In this document: one piece after another, positions 19,923-30,189 of the stretch
How the letters are laid out: the number at the start of each line of letters is the position of its first letter
Position numbering within the stretch: position 1 is the first letter of the stretch
Assembly (NCBI RefSeq): GCF_001194135.2
Contig: NC_068982.1
Location: 6,076,070-6,111,223, forward strand
DNA length: 35,154 bases
From: Octopus bimaculoides
Lineage: Eukaryota
Direction: 5' to 3'
Program-made: the position numbers and the translations under genes
Notes under the pieces: generated by a model
What the model was told of the DNA's origin: nothing
Database searches by the model: none
What the model saw: the letters and a program-made list of their open reading frames with translations, nothing else

Positions 19923-22029
19923 NNNNNNNNNNNNNNNNNNNNNNNNNNNNNNNNNNNNNNNNNNNNNNNNNNNNNNNNNNNNNNNNNNNNNNNNNNNNNN
20001 NNNNNNNNNNNNNNNNNNNNNNNATATATATAGGCTGTCTATAAATATTACCTTTACATTTTGAAAAATTCAGAAGAAAATGAAACATAATGGTAACTCA
20101 AGAAATTTTATTGGGAAGCATTGACAAACAAATAAAGTTTTATTACAAAGACCAGAACACTTCTACGTGATTGTTTCACAAAGCTGTCTTTAACCGCAAT
20201 GGCGGTCTCAATGTCGTGACAGAAGCGACTCCATGACTGGTTTACGTTCATACTGTCCATCACATCCACGATGGTCAACTTCAAAATACCTTCCCTATTG
20301 TGAATCTGTCGGCTGGACAACCTCTCTACGACTTACCAGATGTATTACTCCATGGGTTTAAAAAAAGAGAGGTTGGAGTCACAGGGTCACATCTTGAAAA
20401 TTTTAGCCAGTCACTAATGAGTTGTGAGGACTATATGTCAAAGAGCAGGGACGTGCTATATAAGTATGGCCTTCCAATACTTAACTACCGTATTCACTGC
20501 CTAGATGGAGAGGCATTGACTCTGAGGGCCAGCTAAGATAGTGAGTTGCACGATATTGGTCTTATTACACGCGACCACTTTGACCATGAAAATCGGTGTG
20601 AATATCCGGGGATACCACTGTTGTGTCCGCAAAGATCCATCTATTGTATCCACAGTTCATTTTCCAATCTTGATCTAAGGTCTTATTGAAGAAGAAACAA
20701 TGTGACGGGTCATATGGAATGCATGAATGTGTATTGCAAGTGTTTTCATTTGATCAAATGGTTCTCTCGGGCCGAACACAGACGTTCCCCTTCCCATCAT
20801 GAAGAACATGTTCCTGGCGTCTCCATGTACAATGCGTCAGATAATGGTCTCTGCCCTCAGGAATAACTCGATGATGCCGCCTATTCACTTGCAGGAATCG
20901 TCGTTGTTGAAGTTTTGATGATTAGATTCACTGCAAGAACTAGGCTGTCCTGATAACATCTGGCTGCTGAAAATGTCTCTTTGTCTTGGCTATGAATGAC
21001 ATGTCCCTGCCAGGGACCTGCAACGCTTTCCTGAAACTAAAATCAAGGACTTGGTCACGTTCAAAGAGCAGTCGATCTTCGCATTGCTCTGTTTGACTGT
21101 TATAGCCACTAGCATCACGTGCTCTGACGTTTTTAAAGTTAAATTGATATCTGAGATGTTGATGCTATCAATACAACTGGAAAAGAAAAGAGGAAATTAA
21201 AATTTGACGCATACAGCATATCGTTATGTTTCGTTGGTTTCTATATACTGCCTCGCCAAAGTATATGTGTGTGCGTGTGTGTAAATGTATGTAGAAACAC
21301 AGAGGTTGTTTGAATGGTAGTGAAAATTTTGAATGTGAGAGATACACACGTGCTAAAATAACATCCAGTTTATTCTAATGGAATAAAATATATAAACATT
21401 AAAACAAAACCTGTGGAATAGTTTTGGGGTTAGGTGCTTTGTCGAAACGGAAATATAAAGACTTAAGAAAAGAGGAAAACGTCCATGTGACCAACACTTC
21501 AAATAGACACGACTATCGTATTGAATAGGCAGACTAAATGGACGGCGTTCACTGTGAGTATCATTACAAAAGTAGTTGTCAAAAGGATTCGCATAACGTT
21601 TCAGTTTTCAATTTAATGCTTTGGTACATTGGCATAGAAGAATTTAAGTTTAGTGGAAATTGTAAACATCTCATCAATTTATTGACACTTTCATGGTGTC
21701 AGTAATACAAAAACTCTCTTTTAGCACACAAAAGCTAACGACATTTTATTTGTCTTGAAACCTTAACTAATCCAGTTCTATTCCGCTCTACTAATTTCTT
21801 GAAATACAATACACCACAAGCAATATTTCTTGACTTCAACATATGTATACTCTAAAGTTGACTTTGAGGATATGTAAAACAGCTACAGAACATTTAAGAT
21901 AAGCAATTCATTTAAAAGTCGTCGGATGGTGGTGATATATATACATGACTAGATACATACATACGTACGTACGTACATACATGTATACGTAACATATATA
22001 TCTGTATGTTGTCCATCCATCCGCTTATA

Positions 22030-22215
22030 TATATATGTAACCACGTGTGGATCGTTGGCGATTTTTTCCTCTGTCTTCCTTTTCTCTTGGACTTCTTTCC
22101 GTCTTCTGTTTCTGACGAAGAGCTTTGCTCGAAACGTAAAACCACCTTTCTTTCCTTCCCTGAGCGTCTGCTAATACTTTGCATATACCACATACTTCCG
22201 TTGTTGTATTTTTTT
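22030..22215 (+). mobile_element. Penelope-like pseudo-LTR fragment between microsatellites, containing a hammerhead motif
   Basis: Pyrimidine-rich segment bracketed by (TA)n and (CA)n, with a minimal type I hammerhead. Confidence 0.5.
22108..22142 (+). ncRNA. Minimal type I hammerhead ribozyme motif
   Basis: GTTT-CTGACGA-A-GAGC(TTT)GCTC-GAAA-C-GTA-AAAC. Helix I is GTTT/AAAC, helix II is GAGC/GCTC, helix III is the palindromic ACGT, and the cleavage triplet is GUA. Confidence 0.7.
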
Positions 22216-22255
22216 GTGTTTGTTCTTCGTTTTTTTTTGTGTGGTGGGGGATTTA

Positions 22256-22337
<82 letters not shown>

Positions 22338-22865
22338 ATAAATGACAGAGAAGTAGTCTGATGAAATTTTATTTAACAATAAGAAAATTCTAATATCAAA
22401 TTGTTTCGCAACTTAAAAACATGTAAATAATTTATATTATTATATTCAATAGTGAATAAATTACTTAGATGCGAAGTGAGTACTACCGAATTATTTGAAT
22501 CTATATATTGTGACACACACACACACACACACACATATATATGCTTTTTTCAGGTCAAAACCTCCAAGTCCCTGTCACCTATCTTCTTGTAGCAGCATAA
22601 TAAGTGTTACTTTACCATAAATTGGTTAATTCTTCAGTTTACTGTCGCTTTTATTAGAACTCAACTTAAAAACAAATACTAGTAGATATATATCTGTGTG
22701 CGTGTGTGTGTATATTTACTAGTGTACTATGAGACATACATACATACATACATACATACATACGCACACAAATACATACATACTTAGACATTAAAACCCG
22801 CAAGATTCTGGACAAGCTTGGATTTTCAGAAAAAGAACAAGTAGAAGTAATAAGGCAAAAGACAA

Positions 22866-23080
22866 GGCGGCGAGCTGGCAGAGTGGTTAGCACGCTGGGC
22901 GAAATGCTGAGCGGTATTTCGTCTGTCTTTACGTTCTGAGTTCAAATTCCACCGAGGTCGACTTTGCCTTTCATCCTTTCAGGGTCGATAAATTAAGTAC
23001 CAGTTGCGTACTGGATCCATCTAGTCGACTGGCCCCCTCCCCCATAATTTGGGGGCTTTGTGCCTAGAGTAGAAAGGAAT
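22866..23080 (+). mobile_element. SINE family B, full length
   Basis: GGCGGCGAGCTGGCAGAGTGG..GAGTTCAAATTCC..GCCTAGAGTAGAAAGGAAT. Confidence 0.88.
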
Positions 23081-23173
23081 AACGTAAAGGGAAACAGAAA
23101 AGATCGCCGGACTAAGCCTTGGAAATGTATCCGCATCTCAGGAGAATGAATAAGACTGTTTATGTACGTATGT

Positions 23174-23236
<63 letters not shown>

Positions 23237-23855
23237 AGCGCGTGAGTTCAAATGAAACTTGAAAGAGTGTGGCTTAAGGGAAAAGGAAAAGGGACGAAGA
23301 AGGAATCCCTAGATAACAGATCAAGTCTAAGGAGTAGATGCTATTTGTGACAGAGTTGGCTTACAATGAAAGGCGTACTTTCCGTGACCATCAATGTTCA
23401 ACGTGCGTTTGTTTATTTAAGACAGTCGTGGGTGATTTCGACATATTTTGCTGATGTTTCTAGAATGACGAGTGAATGTAGTCTCCAAAAGGGTCTATGG
23501 CCCTTAACTTACCCCCGGAAAGAGTCAGAAGAGGTGGTCTGAGAACTTTGACGACCTCACCTGCCCCCAACGTCTGATCTCCAAATTACCCCGATTGCAA
23601 TCACATGGTCTATGACAATGGTGGATTCTCCGTCGGTTTCGACAATTAATACTCACTGCTCTATCAAATGAGAATTCTGATTCGTGAAAGTCGCAGAGTA
23701 TCCTGCAGACACGTGTAATTCTTAGCGTAATTCTTGGGCTGACTCCACGTGAAACTATGCAGCACGGCTTCACCTTTGGAATATATTGGTACAACGCAGA
23801 AGAGAAAGAGAGTGCGTGCAGGTACACACACGGGAGCGAGTGAACAAATGAGCTT

Positions 23856-23913
<58 letters not shown>

Positions 23914-24438
23914 NNNNNNNNNNNNNNNNNNNNNNNNNNNNNNNNNNNNNNNNNNNNNNNNNNNNNNNNNNNNNNNNNNNNNNNNNNNNNNNNNNNNNNN
24001 NNNNNNNNNNNNNNNNNNNNNNNNNNNNNNNNNNNNNNNNNNNNNNNNNNNNNNNNNNNNNNNNNNNNNNNNNNNNNNNNNNNNNNNNNNNNNNNNNNNN
24101 NNNNNNNNNNNNNNNNNNNNNNNNNNNNNNNNNNNNNNNNNNNNNNNNNNNNNNNNNNNNNNNNNNNNNNNNNNNNNNNNNNNNNNNNNNNNNNNNNNNN
24201 NNNNNNNNNNNNNNNNNNNNNNNNNNNNNNNNNNNNNNNNNNNNNNNNNNNNNNNNNNNNNNNNNNNNNNNNNNNNNNNNNNNNNNNNNNNNNNNNNNNN
24301 NNNNNNNNNNNNNNNNNNNNNNNNNNNNNNNNNNNNNNNNNNNNNNNNNNNNNNNNNNNNNNNNNNNNNNNNNNNNNNNNNNNNNNNNNNNNNNNNNNNN
24401 NNNNNNNNNNNNNNNNNNNNNNNNNNNNNNNNNNNNNN

Positions 24439-24506
<68 letters not shown>

Positions 24507-24754
24507 GGGTAGCTAGACATATGTGTACATACACAATCATATATTCCTTTTACTAGCAAGCACAGATGTATTCCCAAGTTCTGCTTCCCAAGACTTTTTT
24601 GTAGGTTTTTAAGTAGGTTGTGAGCAGAATTATTTGTTTGTAACTTAAGGGAAAGGATGCCGATGAGGGTTATTTAGTAAGATGTGGAGTTATAATAGGG
24701 GTGCCAAACGAATGTGTGTCGAGTAGATAATAGGTGACCTAAATACAAATGTCT

Positions 24755-24779
24755 GTCTATCCATCCCTCTATCTATTTC

Positions 24780-24820
<41 letters not shown>

Positions 24821-24866
24821 ACTATCTATCTATCTATCTATTTAACTATCTATCTATCTATCTATA
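24755..24866. repeat. (ATCT)n tetranucleotide microsatellite
   Basis: Direct reading. Confidence 0.95.
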
Positions 24867-24937
24867 CTTAATTCAAATCACACACGAAGTGCAGAAATAT
24901 ACAAATTATAAGGTGGAAATAACTTAGAATTATGATC

Positions 24938-24941
<4 letters not shown>

Positions 24942-25033
<92 letters not shown>
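24942..25033. repeat. (CA)n microsatellite
   Basis: Direct reading. Confidence 0.95.
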
Positions 25034-25035
<2 letters not shown>

Positions 25036-25102
25036 GCACACATACACACGCGCACACGTATAAGCATACATATGAATATGTATGTATATACATGTATATA
25101 TA

Positions 25103-25477
25103 TTCTTTTACTTCTTTCAGTCATTTGACTGCAGCCATGCTAGAGCACCGCATTTGGTCGACCAAGTGGACCCCAGGACTTATTCTTTGTATGTCTAGTA
25201 CTTATTCTATCGGTCTCTTTTTGCCGAACCGCTGCACAACGGGGACATAAACACACCAACAACGGTTCTCAAGCGACGGTGAGGGGACAAACACACATAC
25301 ACACACATATATACGATGGGCTTCGTTCAGTTTCCGTCTACCAAATCCACTCACAAGGCTTTGGTCGGCCCGAGGCCATAGTAGGAGACACTTGCCCAAG
25401 GTACCACGCAGTGGGACTGAACCCAGAACCATGTGGTTGGGAAGCAAGCTCCTTACCACACAGCCATGCATGCGCCT
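25103..25477 (-). mobile_element. SINE family A, full length
   Basis: Tail, short internal (CA)n and head ending GCGCC. Confidence 0.88.
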
Positions 25478-26071
25478 ATATACTCCTATGTACAAAAAAA
25501 AAATGAATCACCATAGAGCAACTAGTTTCATGATACCAAGTTATGTGATATATATATATAGAATATGAGGGGTTTAGGTCACTAATGAACTAAATGAATA
25601 GGTACGCTGATTAAGTGCTATAATTGGTCATCCGTTAGGTTCCAAGCTGATAGTTGGGTCTGGAGCCAGGGATCCGTAATAGGCTTCCGAATTAGCAGGT
25701 ATATATTAAAGGAAACTGGACAACAAAACCACAACCTCGTTTAGGCTTAGCAGCCCATCCTGTTTGTTTTGTTTTACATCTGTGTCTTTCGTTGTTCGAA
25801 AGAATAGTTCATGTTCCATGCACTCGTGCTTCGTATTTTATTTTTGTTGTACTCGTTTCATGACGTCCTGTGCCCACAAATGCATATATATATACGTATA
25901 GATGTATGTACATATACGTATATATATATATATATATCCCAGAAACAGCTGTAAGACATTCATTACTTCTACTTCCCCATTTTTTGGTTCACCTTACTCT
26001 AATTAAATATTCTAAATGATCCGATATACTCGTTCTGCTTTGTTTTTGTTGTCCATTTTTCTATAATATAT

Positions 26072-26123
<52 letters not shown>

Positions 26124-26600
26124 CTACATGTAGACCATAAAGAGTGAGGAGGTATGAGAGGTGAATATATTTATTTAACCATTTGATATCCGTAGGATTG
26201 CAGCCGTTTCGCAGCTTTGGTTAAATAAATATACTCCCCTCTTCAAACCTCTTAACTTTTCATGCTGTATACTCCTCACGAAATAATTTTATTGATTGGA
26301 TCTTCTGGATTTCAGCTGTCCTATACTCTTCAGTATTGGATAACTATGTGGTATGGTAGCCGGATCCACTAGAGGAGCTTTCTGTGACTGCCATAAGATC
26401 TTATGAATCCATATATTGCACTACAAATCTACAAATAAGGTTTGAGGGACTGGAGAAAAATTTCGAATCAATTGAAAAGGCCCGAAGAAAAGTGCTCCAG
26501 GGTCGATAACAGAAATGTCACAAATTGAACAAAACATTGCCGGATTCTTAGAATCTCTGTATGAAAGAAATCGTGTGCGACCAGTATTTTAAGGCAAATG

Positions 26601-26760
26601 TTTCGATGTTATTATATGCCCACGGGCATATAATAACATCGAAAAATACCTTAGGAATGAGAACCCATGTTCGAAATCTCCCCAAAACACCCGATGAAGG
26701 CTGGAGGGTATGACAACAAACAAGATGAGGATAAATATCCGTTAAATGTAAATAATAAGG
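26601..26760 (+). mobile_element. Deleted copy of the hammerhead element (family D) with a 5' palindrome
   Basis: Shares AAAAATACCTTAGGAATGAGAACCC..GATGAAGGCTGGAGGGTAT..CAAGATGAGGA with 29815-29960. The 3' half of the ribozyme is deleted. Confidence 0.8.
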
Positions 26761-26767
26761 TTAATTA

Positions 26768-26850
26768 ATTCGACTAAAATATTCTTCAAGGCGGTGCCCC
26801 AACATGGCCGCAGTCTAATGATTGAAAGAAGTAAACAATAAAAAGTAAAA
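26768..26850 (+). mobile_element. SINE A 3' fragment
   Basis: AAGGCGGTGCCCCAACATGGCCGCAGTC. Confidence 0.75.
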
Positions 26851-27144
26851 AATAATCACATCATCGAAATCTGGAAGCTACGAGATAATGCATGATTAAT
26901 TGCAAACGATGTGGATTAATAAGGATTACATTTGACAGAGTAATCTGAATGCGAGAGGATTAAAGCAAAGATTCCTGGCTGAACCCAATTTCAAAGCAAA
27001 AGGTTTTTGCCCGACGAATCGACAGTCTATTGACTTCTTGCGGCCTGTTTAAGTGATTAGACGCCCACTTGTATTGGCTGACAGTTTCTGTCAGGTCTTC
27101 TTTGTTTTCATCCATCTCAGCAGGGAAGGATAAGGAGAGACGTT

Positions 27145-27244
<100 letters not shown>

Positions 27245-27953
27245 TGGGGATGAGTGAGAGGGGTAGATATAGGTTGTGATATTCGCATCGCAAATGTATC
27301 AGATAAATTCTGCATAACAGAACACGAATAACATACACCACTTTATCGTAGAAATAACGAGAAAAACAGATGACACCAAGGAGAAATATTGATAATTGTT
27401 GTTGCTATTGTTATTATTATAACGAATTAATTATTGAAAAAAAAAAAAAAAACGAATTTATTATTATTATTATTATTATTATTATNNNNNNNNNNNNNNN
27501 NNNNNNNNNNNNNNNNNNNNNNNNNNNNNNNNNNNNNNNNNNNNNNNNNNNNNNNNNNNNNNNNNNNNNNNNNNNNNNNNNNNNNNNNNNNNNNNNNNNN
27601 NNNNNNNNNNNNNNNNNNNNNNNNNNNNNNNNNNNNNNNNNNNNNNNNNNNNNNNNNNNNNNNNNNNNNNNNNNNNNNNNNNNNNNNNNNNNNNNNNNNN
27701 NNNNNNNNNNNNNNNNNNNNNNNNNNNNNNNNNNNNNNNNNNNNNNNNNNNGTGTATTTTTGTTGAAAGAAAGAATAAAAAAGACAGCAGAGCCAGGAAA
27801 AACAACGGTTCCGTTTTCGACAACATTGTGCGAAATAAAAACAGCAATTTCGAAAATATAAACAATGAGGGCCCATTCGTGAACGAAGCAGGGGACGATG
27901 CGAGTACTAGTAACAACAACAACAACAACAGCAGCGCCATCAACAATAACAAT

Positions 27954-28166
27954 ACTTTTCTACTCTAACACAAGGACCGAAATTTTGGGGGAGGTGTCAG
28001 TCGATTAGATCGATCCCAGTACGCAACTGGTACTTAATTTATCGACCCAGAAAGGAGGAAAGGCAAAGTCGACCTCGGCGGAATTTGAACTCAGAACATA
28101 AAGGCATACGAAATTCCGCTAAGCATTTCGCCCGGCGTGCTAACGTTTCTGCCAACTCACCGCCTT
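27954..28166 (-). mobile_element. SINE B inserted in the LINE 5' region, 15-bp TSD
   Basis: ATCAACAATAACAAT at 27939-27953 and ATCAACAACAACAAT at 28167-28181. Confidence 0.88.
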
Positions 28167-29559
28167 ATCAACAACAACAATTGTAAAGGTGACAACAACA
28201 GCAACAACAACAATGATAAAATCACCGAAGGAACCGACTAACAAACCAGTGTAACGCCTTGGAAAGGTTCTAAACCTTCTTTTGCTGGAGTAGCCAAGTC
28301 ATCTCTGCAGAGAATACAATTCTTTGACGAGGAACTTAAAGATGCCAGACACCTAGTCGAGAGAGACGGAATCGCTGTAAATCTAAATGCCCCACCTGAG
28401 ACAATCCAGGACACGATACGCCGAACAGCCACGTGCCGTGCAATCGGTTTCAAATCAAGGAGGGTGGAAAGAACCACAGAGGCACAAATACAAAAATCTT
28501 TAGGTTCCGTCTAGAGTCTAAAGTGACATATACAAAAAGGACGGGTCTATGGAATGGTGGACGTGAGATTCCACACCGAAGAAGAAGCCAAATTCCACTC
28601 TCTGCAAGGAGCTGTTGTTAGTTCCTTTCTATCGCGGCCAGAGACTGACCAAAATCATCATTCAACAAGTGCCACCAGAAATAGCTATTCCTTGGCTAAT
28701 TGCTACAGTGACGATAGACATCGAGGAAAACTCGAAAAACCTCGAAATCTATCAGAACAAAAAGGAGATCTGGTCTGGGATGACCATAGAACTCCTCATA
28801 CAAACGACACAAAAGAACGTGGATCTCATCCCGGACCTGATCCTTCTTCCTGGAGGCAGTATAATTCCAGTCATGGTAGATGGAAGGAAAGCAAAGTGCC
28901 ACATTTGCTTTTCAACTAATCATTTAAGAGCCTTCTGTCCCAGACTAAAGGAAAATGAGAGACGGGCATCTCTCCTCGCTACACCAACAACAGCCACCAG
29001 AACTCCAACGATAGCAGCACCATCACCATCAGCAGATTCAGCCGTGGCAGCACCAGCATCAATACCAACAACCCTATAGACTCCGAGTTTCCCCAAACAA
29101 TTTTCAGCGCCCGATGCGTAGCGGGGAGAGTCAGACCACGATGAGGAGTGGAAGTTGAAAACTAAAAAAAGAGAGACAGAAAAAAGAAACAACAACAAAC
29201 ATATGGACAAACAAACAACATCCACACAAAAAGTAGAAATAAAAAGAAATTAAAACAACAAAAACAAATACACTCAAAACAAACACTTCGTCGACACCAA
29301 CACCGCTAACACCTGAAACACAAGCCATCCCACAACCACCAACACAGCAACAACAACAACCACAGCAACAGCAACAACAACAACAAACACAAATTAGAGA
29401 CACTAACATTACAAACTACATGGCTAATAAGCGCAAAAACTGCTGAATTAATGAAGTACGTAAAAACACATACAAACATTACACCGAAAGATTTTGTCAC
29501 AGTCATAATCTCCCTTCCTGCACACATACAAATCATTCAAACGACACAAGACACTATTT

Positions 29560-29707
29560 ACATTATTTACATTTGATGGATATTTGTCCTCATCTTGTCT
29601 GTTGTTAACACAACGTTTCGGATGATATAATCTCCAGCCTTCATCACGGGCATATGGCGTAGTGGTTCTCATTCCTAAGGTATTTTTCGATGTTATTATA
29701 TGCCCGT
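29560..29707 (-). mobile_element. Inverted, rearranged fragments of family D
   Basis: Reverse complement of the family D 3' end and partial hammerhead (29608-29646), a short plus-strand head (29648-29665), then an inverted internal segment. Confidence 0.8.
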
Positions 29708-29993
29708 GGGCATATGGAGTACTGGTTAAGAGCGCAAGCTACTAACCCCAAGATTCTGAGTTCGATTCAAGGGAGGGACCTGAATAATAATAATAATAAT
29801 AATGACAACAACAACATCAAAAAATACCTTAGGAATGAGAACCCAGGTTTGAAATTTCCCCCAAGACACCTGATGAAGGCTAGAGGGTATATTAGCTGAA
29901 ACGTTGTGTTAACAACAAACAAGATGAGGACAAATATCCGTCAAATGTAAATAATGTACATTATTCCTCTCATCTCTTAAATATAGATCTGTA
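29708..29993 (+). mobile_element. Family D: tRNA-headed non-autonomous element carrying a hammerhead ribozyme
   Basis: A box TGGAGTACTGG 29715-29725, B box GTTCGATTC 29760-29768, (AAT)n, hammerhead 29866-29909, palindrome AATAATGTACATTATT 29950-29965. Confidence 0.8.
29866..29909 (+). ncRNA. Type I hammerhead ribozyme motif
   Basis: ACAC-CTGATGA-A-GGCTA(GAGGGTATAT)TAGCT-GAAA-C-GTT-GTGT. Helix I is ACAC/GTGT and helix II is GGCTA/TAGCT. Confidence 0.72.
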
Positions 29994-30189
29994 ACACAAA
30001 ATTCATACACACACTTAAAATCCGAATTCCCACAGGAAATCGAAGATTTTCGAGGGAATATCACCAAAAGAATTCTTGATGATTTACTGCTGGAAACACC
30101 CCAAGCCAACAGGAGAGACGAGCAATCCGCCCCTCCAAACAAAACCAAGTAAGTTTTCCTTCTCTTTTCTTTTTTTTTTCCCAACAACG

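Larger units (their letters stand above)
28260..30152 (+). pseudogene. LINE ORF1 (gag-like, zinc knuckle), disrupted
   Basis: PSFAGVAKSS.. through the CCHC knuckle (about 28898-28939) and a low-complexity tail to ..EQSAPPNKTK-stop at 30150-30152. Confidence 0.75.

Noticed and set aside
26440-26590. Coding-like stretch (FEGLEKNFESIEKARRK../ITEMSQIEQNIAGFLESLYER)
   Set aside because: Frameshifted and short. It vaguely resembles a LINE EN-RT linker but is not assignable with confidence.
29708-29780. tRNA genes (also the heads of SINE A, B and C)
   Set aside because: A/B boxes are present but there is no complete cloverleaf, and each continues into a repeated SINE body.
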